The notes beneath the pieces are model-generated. The model worked only from the letters and a program-made list of their open reading frames with translations, was not told the origin of the DNA and did no database searches. From contig CP086569.2 of NCBI GenBank assembly GCA_009914755.4, forward strand, positions 22,240,001 to 22,304,000: a DNA stretch of 64,000 nucleotides. The letters are read 5' to 3'. The DNA is from the human T2T-CHM13v2.0 reference genome, Homo sapiens. Of the stretch, positions 53,336 to 64,000 are shown one piece after another. The position numbers were made by a program, and so were the translations under genes. Position 1 is the first letter of the stretch. Each line of letters starts with the position of its first letter.

Positions 53336-56300
53336 TAAAATAAATTATTAAATGAAATAATATATTACATTATAGAATGGACCTTATTTCAGTGATACAT
53401 AACTGAAACATGCTAATAAAATGGGATGGCTACCTTTGTGCAAATTAACTAGACTTTAGTTGCACTAATTAAGAGAGCAATAGCTGAGACAATCAAAAGA
53501 TAATAGACAAGTTATAATTGATGTCAAAATTCTACCTTATTATATTACCTTCGAAATCATATCCAAAGTTTCCTTCTAGTTTGAGAAACCTCTCTCTACA
53601 TATATATAGAACAAAATTGCTTTTGCAGATTAGCATGATTTTAATAGAGCAAATTTCATCTTCAAATTTCATAAGCACCTTCCAATCCATAAGACACTGT
53701 TAGAAAAAACTGTCAATCGGGCTAGACACACATTTCAAAGAGCCTATGAGGTTGCAAATCACTTATGCCTCACTCTCGTGTTACCAAGATAATGCAAAGC
53801 ACTTATATAGTGTTTCTTAGCTTGAAAGAGCCTAGGAACTTTAACTAATTAATCCTTAGACTACCCAGTGAGAGAGTGATAAGAAGCCCCTTGAAGAGAT
53901 CATTTAACTATATAATTCACACTTGCTTAAATGTAATTCAGCATATGTGCCGTGTTGTGTTTCCCTGCTTTCTATTTCAATCTTCAGAGAAATAATATTT
54001 ATGTGTGACTATATCATGCATAGGCATCTATTATGAATAAAATTATGTAGACTGCACTCTGACTGCCACTAAAAGCTAACAGATATATGTACGTCCAACA
54101 CATAAAATACATCTGGTACATTCTGCTGTATTTTCTTTTCTTATTCATTTCATATCTCATTTTCAGGTATTTCAGAGTGGACTTCTCAGATTTGAATAGG
54201 CTGAAACTTTTTAAATGAGGAATATACAATTCTCTTGTTAATTTTTATAATTAGTTTTTTGGAAAGTGTATTAAAACTAAATGTTTATAATTATGCTGAA
54301 TATAAAAGAATATCATATGTGAATGCTTCACCCAAATGAAAGACTATTTAACTATTCTATTTAGAATTCTCTCTAGTAGGATTTCCTTCTCTGTAGGTAG
54401 CTGGCTACAGGAGTCTACCAAAACAAATCTATTTCTGCAGTAAATACCAACACTGGCTTCCTCAGGAAAGCACTCTTTCAGGCTGCAAAACACAATACAT
54501 CTTTTCCCTGAGCAGGATAAATTCTTATACAGTTTTACTGTTCAACTAAAATGTCAATTAAAGTTAATCATTTTCCTTTTTATTACAAAGAGAATCTCAT
54601 TACTTTCTAATTACTTGCCCGAAATCTATTCTCTATAACTATCTAAAATTACATAGACATACACACATGCATACAAAAGAAACAGTACAACTGGACGACC
54701 AACCAATGTGTACACGTGCTCTGTTTTAGAAAAGTTTCTACTGTACTATTTGCAGTAAGGTTATAGTTGTAATTCAATCAATGACCTATTTTAAATGAGT
54801 GCCTAGAACATCACTGGGGAAAGTGTGTACAATGCAAGAAACATTTCCCTATGCATACACTTTATTTGTAAATATGTTTATACTGATAGTTAAAATGGTT
54901 AACTTTGTTGTCAAATATTGATACTGGCTAAAGTTTTGTTTCTTAATATATTCTTCTTTAACTTTTTCCAGTATGTTTTGAAATGTCTTTCATATATTTA
55001 CTCTAATTTCATCTGGGAATAGATAGCCAAAGATAAATGGAGAAAACCATTTTTTTCCTATAAATTTATCATCTCCTGAGTGTCAAACTTGTCATGAAAG
55101 GAGAGATGCATCCTCTGCTCTTACTTTAGGACCAGACTTTCCACCAATAGATTATAAATGTGAAAATATCTGGCTACTTATAGCCACTGTTCTGCAGAAA
55201 ACACTATTACAGTCTGAGATTGAACCCTAAGAATTGGCCTTGGGAACTTTGAGACTCTGGTCAACTAATTTATTAGCTAATTTCTAAGGGTGTTCTCTGT
55301 TGCAAGAGTTATTGACTCTTTAGTCAAACACTCTATCATGGAAAAATCTAACCTAGTGGGCCGTTTTGTTGTGAGATGGTAATAAATAATAATAAAAATA
55401 TTCCTGGAATGCAGATAGCCAGGACTATAGATAGGTCTTCAAGGAACAGTCCTCTCAGTAACAATGTGAAAGTTTGTCTGAATTTCCATTTCCACATTAT
55501 GATAATTATGCCACATTATGTAGCAATTCTGTAAATTATTTCTGGTTTTGAAAAACTTTACTCTTGAATGTGGATTTATGTTTAAAAGATAATATTGTTT
55601 CATAGGACCATTTGCATGTATAAATTATGCATCATTTTATGGGAGCTCATACATGGACATCTCATACAGAGCAAATGATGAGACAGATGTGTGAGATGCA
55701 TTAGGGTGGTTGAAGAAGAAGCACTGTTTCCACTCTCTGGGTCTCTAATTTCCAATAAGACAAACTACAAAATAATTACAAATAAGAGTTTAAAGAAGAA
55801 TGACTCAATTTCTTGCGTCTGATTGCTGTTTTGTATCCTATAAAAACTTTATGCTCTATCTAAGACTTGAAATGTTTTAAACATTAGATGTTGGTCTTTA
55901 GGACACCAAGTGGAAGCCAGGGGACACATGCAGTTGCTGCCTGGGGGATCTTGTCTAACGGAAGAAGTCAGTAACAGGCAGCTGAATGGGCAGTGGGCCA
56001 GTACCAGGTGTTTAGCTGAGACTTGTATAAGTTTTTCAAAAATTCCCAGAAGTATTTGACAGAAATGAAACTGGTTTACCAATGCTCTTTAAAAAAATCA
56101 GCTGAAGAACATCCTATAGTGTCCTGAAGAGAAAAATGAGCAAGGCACATAATTTGAGATAGCAAAAATACTAGGTGACTGCAGGAGCATAGAAAATCTC
56201 AGGCAGCTGTTTCACATGACTAGCAAAATACACTATTAAAATAGTTGCATAAACTAGGAGTTGGTAACACTGGGGAAAACCAAGATGTGGGCAAAGCTGG

Positions 56301-56689
56301 CTAGGAACAACTGGACTCAACATGGTGATGAATTTCAGTTAGGTTTCACCTTGGAGAAAATAGCAAAAAAGTCACTGCTACTACCATGCAGCAGAGCAAC
56401 TGATCAAAGGCAGCAACTGCCTAACTATGGCTGGTTCACATGTGAAAAATAGAAATCCCTTACTTACTTTTTATGTTATCTGAAGTAAAAGCATTCCTTA
56501 CTGATACAACGTTTCATTTTCTTCCTTATTCTCCACCATTTTTTTTCTTCTCACATTACTTATAGCTTGTAACTTATTTTGTCAAATATATACAATGAGA
56601 TAACACTGCAGTATTACAGAAAGCACACTGCATGGGAAACAGACTCATATTGAAACGGGAAAAAGTCCCTAATCCCCTCTCCCGCGGGG

Positions 56690-57340
56690 CGTGCAATGAG
56701 GACAGGTTGTGGGGATTTGATCCCAGGCAGTGTCTAGGGGTGAATGTTTACAGCTCCTGAATCCCCAGAGGGCATGTGTTACATGGTCCATTCGTAGGTG
56801 GCTTGTGTTAGTCAGCTCCATCAGACATCCTGACTTACTGCAAAGACAGAAGGCTATCTGAATCCCGGGGTTTATGGCCTTGGTGTACCTGAAGAATTGG
56901 CTCACACGTGGGCTTGGAGAATAAGTGCAAGGTTTCATTAAGTAGAGGTTGTCAGCAGATAGATGGGGACCCAGAAGGCAGATGGAGCGGGAAGGTAGTT
57001 TTCCCTTGGAATGGGACAGGTCAGCGCTCTCTTCCCACAGCTCCTCGAAACTCAGTGTTCTTCTGCGGTGGATGCCCTGCAGCCTCAGTCTCTGTGCTCT
57101 CCTTCCTCCGGTGTCTTCTCGAGGTCCAGTTGCTGTGTCTTTTTCTGCTAATGGTCCCTCTAGACGTCCAGCTGCTGTGTCACTGCCTGCTAGGATCTGG
57201 GGGTTTCTTATATCACAGGATGGAGGTGTGGCAGGATGGAGGTGTGGCAGGCCAGGGTGGTCTTGGGAAATGCAACATTTGGGCAAGAAAACAGAAGTGC
57301 CGTCCTCACCTAGGTCAGTGAGCACAGGCCTGAGGGTGGA
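56690..57340 (+). pseudogene. TSPY-like fragment T3 (exon 1 3' end plus the S1-type segment) inside the B-specific 3.4-kb insertion
   Basis: gacaggttgtggggatttgatcccaggcagtgtctaggggtgaatgtttacagctcctgaatccccag and the following roughly 250 bp match T1 19030-19310 (…cacacgtgggcttggagaataagtgcaaggtttcatt…gttgtcagcagat…). Confidence 0.6.
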
Positions 57341-58589
57341 GCCCTAGCCAAGGAACACGCCCTGCTCTACCCAGCACTTCCCTGTCCCCCTTCCACATCA
57401 ATATATTTTATTTAAATCTCCAAAAATAGCACCCAAATCCTTTAGAGAAGACAATTGGAGAAAATGGCATTAGAAGAGCTAGTCTGGGATTATGGTCACT
57501 ACATGGAAAACGGAAACACACGGAGTGTTTCCCGCAGGCCATGGAATCACTGCTGAAACGTATCCCCTGCTGAGAAGGACAGGGAAACAAACTGGCTTCT
57601 CTCATGTTCTTGTTCTCTAATCTCTGCAGTGTCACCGCTTGACTGAACTGAAACAGGAAGTAATTTTTATGGGAGCCTAGGAACCATGCCTCACAGGGGC
57701 CAGGCCTCTCTATTACAGAACAGTGCCAGGAGAGGTGATTGACCTCTGTGGTATCTGTGGGCATATAAACCCAGGAGCACACACAAAGGAAGATCAGAGA
57801 AAAATATAATATCAAAGGGTCAAGAGAGGAGCAGTCTGAGGAATGATTCATGCATGATATTTGTGAAAAGACCAAAAAGTAAAACGGAGCTTATGAGGTA
57901 GTAAACTAAGAAGAACATAGAGAAAAACAGTCAAAATCGTAAAGTCAAGGGTATTTACCTTTCCTTTTAGGATTTTTAAAATCCCTTCCAGAACGCTTTT
58001 CCCAATATCCTTTATTCATTGATTCATTCAAGAAATATTTATGGTCTAAGAATTGGGCAGATGGCATCATATGCACTGTTAGTACTTCTATCATTGACAG
58101 AAAGAATGTTTCTTTTCTCCCACAATGTTTTTCTCCTAAACATTGTTCTTGCAAATTTGTATTCTTACAGATCCTGTTCTTTGTTCCTGCCGTAAGAAGC
58201 TTCCCCACACCTGTCTTAACCCAGTTAAGAACTTCTTTCCTCTCCAACTAAGTTATTAAGTTTTATATGTTGTAACACTTGTCACAGTACATTGCAATTA
58301 TTGTTCTTCTCTTCATTCTCCAATTAAGCTATGAATGTTTTGAAGGAAAAGGCTATAAAGACAATGACTTGACATTTGTCAGTAATTATTTCACAAACGA
58401 TTATTAGATATTTGTACATAATATTCTAACATATTTATCTTGATTTTTGGAAAACAATATAAACCATTTTCTCTGCCCATTCCCCATGAACTGCTCAATT
58501 TTAAACAATGTCTATGCTCTTGGAGCAATTATACAAACTTTCAAAAAACACCTGAAAGTGTTTTTGTTTTGTTTTGTTTTATTGTATTA

Positions 58590-58830
58590 TTTTTTAGAGA
58601 CAAATTCTTGCCTGGTGAAGTGCAGTGTGCCTTGACTGCTCACTGCAACCTTGAACTTCTGAGTAACTAGAACAGATGCGTGTCATGATGCCCTATTTAA
58701 TTAATTAATTACTTTTGTAGAGTTAGGTCTTGCTAGGTTACCTGTGCAGGTCTCCAACTCAGCCTGAAGCAGTCCTCCCTTCTCAGCCTCTCAATTATTG
58801 GGATTCCAGGCATGAACCACTGGACTTCAA
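58590..58830 (-). mobile_element. Diverged Alu-like SINE, minus orientation, inside the B-specific insertion
   Basis: ttttagagacaaattcttgcctggtgaagtgcagtg...ctcactgcaacc...tgtagagttaggtcttgctaggtt...ctcagcctctcaattattgggattccaggcatgaaccactgg. Confidence 0.55.
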
Positions 58831-61789
58831 AGAGGAAATTTTAGATTTTAGAATATTGCAATATGTTATACTTAATTTTTTTTTCAAGTTTGCTGTTGCA
58901 GTGGCACTTGAGAATAATTATTTCTTATGGTGAAAGTGTGATTTCTTGTATCTAGTCATCTACTTTTAAAATCTTTATTCTGTTTACTTAAACCCTAATA
59001 ACTGGTAGTCAGCTCAGCTGAAAACGGATTCCATGGGTGTTTTGTGTTGAGGTTATTAAGACAAGTGTAGAGAGATATTAAAGACAAAAGACATTTACTT
59101 TGTATATAAAACACTTATCTTTTTATTATGGCCATATATTTGAATAATTATAATAGGCATTTGATATGAGAAGGATTATGTATTGCTTAGTATATCTCAG
59201 GTGTTATCTAGGCAAATCTATATTTCTTGAGTCATATTATCCCATAGTAGAGTATTGTGAGCTAAGTACAGTTACCTTCCCACTTTACAGATACACTGAA
59301 AGTTATCTAAGCATTCACAGTTCATAGGAAGATTAAAACAAGCTGATAGAAATATCAGTTATACAATAGAGTAAGAACTCATTTTTTTCTTGCAAATAGT
59401 GAAACATTTGTTTGTTTTAAATAAAAGAGGTACTGGGGAGAATGAAAATGGTAATATTACACACCACTTAAGTTGCCTCCCTAGAGGCACAAACATACAC
59501 TTGAGCACATGATTGGGATGTCATGTTGCCAGTATTGTTTAGATTTCTCTGCTTTGAAACATTTATGCTAAGGCTTCATCCTTGCAGATAGGGCATCATA
59601 TATGGCATGGGTAGTTTTTAAAAATATCTTGAAATGCATACTTTAATAACTAATTTTCCAACTTTGTTTTAATCAGGGGTCGATGATATGTGGCACTCCT
59701 AGTAAGTAAATGAATGTTTGAAGTGCTGTGAGTTATTTTAGCAATTGCTCAGTTTACCATTTAAGTTATCAAAGATCTTTACTTGTGCAATATCATAAAA
59801 ATGTGGGACATTAAAAATTAATAACAGGATTTATGTAACTAAAAGCTGCCATCTAATATGATATTTTTCAGTAAGATGACAGCAGCAATTACGCTGAAAA
59901 ATAGTCATTCCCATAGTTTGAGCCATTATAGCAATTTCCACCTGGGGATTTCACAGTCAGATTCCAGTTCTGGACAACAGTGATTAACGTAACGGTTATT
60001 AATGAGAAGAGATTTTGAGATGTGTAGCCGTGTTTAGATGTCAGTGCCTTGAAGCAACGGATTTGGCATATTAGTAAGAAAGAGTGCTTTGGACTGGATA
60101 ATAAGAAACATATTGAATTGTCTTTCTTGTCCTCTATAGCATGAAAAGTCAGTCAGAGATATAGAAACAATGGAACATTTCACAGCATGGCCTACATTTC
60201 ACTTCACTTTTATCCTTTTAACCATGCACAAAGTTTATTAAATATGCAAAGTAGGAATGCTATAGGAAGAAAGAGTAGTCGTCAGAGGTCACAATCCACA
60301 GCAAGGTGACAGTGTCTTGTGGATCGCACCCTAAGTGCTAATTAGAGTGAGAATCTACTTTCAGGTTGCCAGCATGGAACAAGGAAAATGAAGCTATCAG
60401 CAGTTAACATTATTGTATTAATTGAAATGAATGCTGACAGAGATTTTGTTGGCTTTACAACAAATTGAATATGGATAATGTAACCGCTTATCAAATTTCA
60501 TGCATATAAAATTGTGGATTAATTAAAAAATTACACAACCCATATATTTTGGGTATCTCATATAAATTTCTATGTACATGTGCAAACTTGCAGTGTGCAA
60601 ATATGTGTCTACATCTAAACATGTACAACTGCATTGACCAACAGTTAGAAAGTTAGAAATTATTCTCCCATTTTACCATTTCCTTTCCTTGAAGTTTGTC
60701 ACAAATATAATTTTTCCATCTGTTCGAAGCCTACTCTCTGGAGGCGTGTAATGTATGGATACAGTAAAGCCATAAAATAACACAGGGTTTGTATTAGACA
60801 AAACAATAACACTCGTGTTATAAAAGACCCATTGTGAGAAGAAAGTTATACTTCACATTACTACAAATACAGAAGTATGCTTTCATCAAAAGCTGAAATC
60901 AGTCAATATAATTTGTTTTTAATGTTTTATTTAAAATAATTTTAAAAGGATTACTCAAGTAGAATAACAGTATTGGTAATAAATAATGTTGAAGAATTCC
61001 CTTTAATTTGTTGATTATTTAAACTATAAGTAAAACACTAAAAAGTACTATGTAATGTAGTTTAATGAAGACTCTTTATGGTTTTCATAAAATAAATAGT
61101 CTCAATGGAATATTTTAATACTGAGAAAATTTCATATATCATTGTATTGTACTTTCACTTTATTACTTGCTTGCATGTCATAACTGATGGAAATAAAAAT
61201 ATTTCTGTTTACACATATGCAAAAAGTGGATTTTTGTTTATGTTTTCTAGTGAGACAAAGTTACCAATAATTTCATCTGTATGGGAAAATTTTTACAAGC
61301 CCAAAGTTCTTAACTTTCTTTTCTTTTGACGTTTCATATTTCAGTCTAGGTATGACATGGAATTGACTGTGATCATTCTTTGATTTCACTGTCATTACTG
61401 AGTTTCTGATACAGTGTTAGGAATGTATAGACTTTAAACCTTGCTTTCTTCTTCTTCTTCGTCTCCCTTTGGACCTGTATATGTGATTTCTGCAGTAATG
61501 TGCATCGTTATCTGACATACAGTTGCTGAAAGATACAAGCATAAATATAATTCTTAGTGTCAGTGAATCTTTAGGAACAGACAAGTAAAACTGAAAGATA
61601 ATTATGGTATGAATGTTAGTAAACTGTTTATCACAGAGGTACAATAAGGGTGAAAATAAATTTAAAAATACATGCCTCATACAACATATTGAGGTAGTAA
61701 AAATGAAAAACTTAATTTGACATAAAGAACAGTTTAAAAGTTATGATTATTTCTGGTGACAACAAGTAGCTCAGAAACCATGAGGAACT

Positions 61790-63200
61790 CCTGCAAAGCT
61801 ACAAGATGGATTTGCAGGTCAGGATGTGGGCCATGGGGGAGGGTTCCAAGGTCCTGGTCAGGTTGAGGTCCTCCTGGAGCATGGGGGTGTCTCAGTGGGA
61901 GAGCTGGGAAGGGGAAACACATGCTTCACCCCAGCTAGCAGGCCACCTCAGCCCACCTAGATGAAACTGTCCCTTGACTATCCTCTTTCTCCTTCTTGGA
62001 CAGGCAGGTGGAGGAACTCAGCCATCCTGAGTACTGGTGGAAGGATGAAGTTTGCCTTTCATCGCAACATTTACTTCTGCAACGAAGTGATCATTAAGGA
62101 GTACTGCATTGGAATTCTCAATAAGGAGTGCCTCCCCGCATGGTAGAGGGGGTGGTATGTGGGAAGCTAGGTTTGGCATGAGCCTTCCCAACTCCTCTCG
62201 CTCCAGGATAGAGGGTGACTGGCTCCACTGTGTCCAGTGGTTCTAGGGTTATGCAAGTGAAGGCCCCAGTTTCAGGCAGGACACACCTAACTGAGTTTCT
62301 TCAGCTGGTTGGCTGATGGTGACTGCCCAGGGTATGAAGGGTTGCTGAGGTGGGGTGGCGGTGGGGCATCATGGGAAAGGACCTTGCTGGTCATTGCTTG
62401 GTGTCGGAGGAATTGGCTTTGAACCAGAACCTGACCTGTCACGACCACTTTGCCCAGTCCCCCAGATCATCAGCCAGGGCCCGTGGCTCAATCTCATGCA
62501 GCACTACCCAAGGGAGTTAGGCCCTCAGAGAGGGAACAGAGAGGAGGCTGGGGAGCAGCCCAGGGCTGGGGGATGAGAGGCCTGTGGGTCCTGGAGCTAG
62601 GACACATAGTGAAGCCAAGGCTCAGGGAGGAGACTGCGGTAAGCATACTCAGACCATGCATGGGCTGGGGGAGAAAGGCCCATCAGGGAACTGTAGTACC
62701 CACATTTCAGGATTGGGGAACCCTAAGCCACTCAAGAGGCATAAGTAACTAAGGTCAGTGGGTGAGAAGCCAGGCTCAAGGGATAGCTGCCTCATCATCC
62801 CTTGCTAGCTTCCTTCCCTGCCCTGAGGCCTGCTACCACCTGAGGCTCAGTTTGGACTCAACCAGGGTGCTCTCACCCCCCACACAGGTGCCCACCTGAG
62901 GCCCATCTAGGTCTATATCCTCCCAGAATGGCTCTCCCAGGCCTGTCAAGTTCCATTTTGATGACCCCAGCCTCCCCAGACATGCTTTCTCCCTTCTGCC
63001 ATCCTCATTCACCCAGCCCCTGCCCACCCCCAGAAAAGACAGGCCACCACACAGGGAATCTGGAGGACCACACGGGGCTCACAGGGCAGAAAATGTGAAG
63101 AGATGGCAAAATGGAAGGGGACCTTCTGTGTGTGTCCAGGCAGGCAATCTGGCTGGATATTAAGGCCCACCTCACTATTGGTGATGACACCCAGCGTTTC
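61790..63200 (+). pseudogene. TSPY-like pseudogene T4, 5'-truncated (begins in intron 1; exons 2 onward), directly abutting copy B
   Basis: Collinear with T2 43870-45345 at roughly 75-80% identity. Contains ...FHRNIYFCNEVIIKEYCIGILNKE (ORF 61961-62146) against TSPY1 [25 protein letters not shown]. Its exon-2-like donor is mutated, from gtaagg to gcaggt. Confidence 0.65.
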
Positions 63201-63227
63201 TTGGCCCTGAACATGTGCACACAAACA

Positions 63228-64000
63228 CACACATTGTCCATGGCATTGACATCAATACTACCTAAGCGATCCTCAGATTCTACGCAACCCCTATAAAAAT
63301 ATCAGTGACCCATTCTTCATAGAAAAACAATCTGAGAATCCTAAATTTGCTATGAAATGGCAGGAGATCCTGAAGACTCAGAGCAATCCAGTAAAAAGTT
63401 CAAAGCTGGAGGCATCATACTACCTAACTTCACAATATACTACAAAGTTTTATGTACCGAAATAGAACAGCACTGGCAGAAAAGCAGAGACATGAGCTAA
63501 TGAAAAGCAACAGGGGACCAGAACTAAGTCACTGCATTTACAGCACAGGACCTTTTCCCAAAAAAGCAAGAACGCCCAATGCAAAATCAAGTATCTTCTA
63601 TAAACTAGGTTGGGGAAAACCTGAATATCCACATAAAGGATTTTACAAGTAGATTATTTCTCACCAAACTCCATTGTCAGACCTGCAATGATAAAAGTAC
63701 CAGAAGAAATCACAAGGAGGAAGTTTCATGACATCCGTGTGGGCAATGAGGGTCTCAAAGTGACTGCAAGAGCACAGTAAACACCATCAAAAATAGAGAA
63801 TGGCATTATATCAAACTAAAGTGCTTCGGCACACCAAAGGAAACTAAACAGAGAGAAGGGACATCCTACAGGATGGGAGAAATTATTGGATTACCATATG
63901 TCCGTTAGTGGGTGAATATTTACAATACATAAGGAACTCCAACAACTCAATAGCATGAAAACAAATGGGCTAAGGATGTGAATACTCGTTTGTGAAACTA
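63228..64000 (+). mobile_element. L1 ORF2-region fragment (older L1), running off the window end
   Basis: cagattctacgcaacccctataaaaat...atagaaaaacaatctgagaatcctaaatttgctatgaaatgg matches the L1 ORF2 stretch cagattcaatgcaatccctatcaaaat...gaaatagaaaaaacaatcctaaaatttatatggaac. Later come KLKCFGTPKETKQREGTSYRMGEII and NKWAKDVN. It cuts off the TSPY T4 3' flank. Confidence 0.7.

Overview
This window reads as primate, most likely human, Y-chromosome male-specific sequence. It is not prokaryotic; there are no CRISPR arrays or operons, and I found no novel defence or biosynthetic system in it. The landmarks are degenerate copies of two Y-linked testis gene families. One is an RBMY-family pseudogene on the minus strand (about 30254-36847). 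Its RRM exons 1-2 are near-perfect matches to RBMY1. It keeps only two 111-nt SRGY-box exons, has at least five in-frame stop codons, and has lost the ancestral stop. At least three TSPY-like pseudogene copies or fragments lie on the plus strand. The most complete (40970-45345) keeps exon-intron structure and carries an LTR12 (HERV9-type) solo LTR in intron 1, flanked by a 4-bp repeat 'cctg'. The second organising feature is an old direct segmental duplication, copy A 7668-17258 and copy B 46898-61778, at roughly 85-90% identity by eye. Each copy is followed by a TSPY-derived copy, and the two differ by several large indels, including a 3.4-kb versus 0.37-kb replacement carrying different TSPY-derived pieces. 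The rest is ordinary interspersed repeat: many Alus, L1 fragments (one internally inverted), a MaLR/THE1-type LTR and microsatellites. All homology and identity statements come from reading the sequence and from protein and consensus sequences recalled from memory, without any search or alignment tool.
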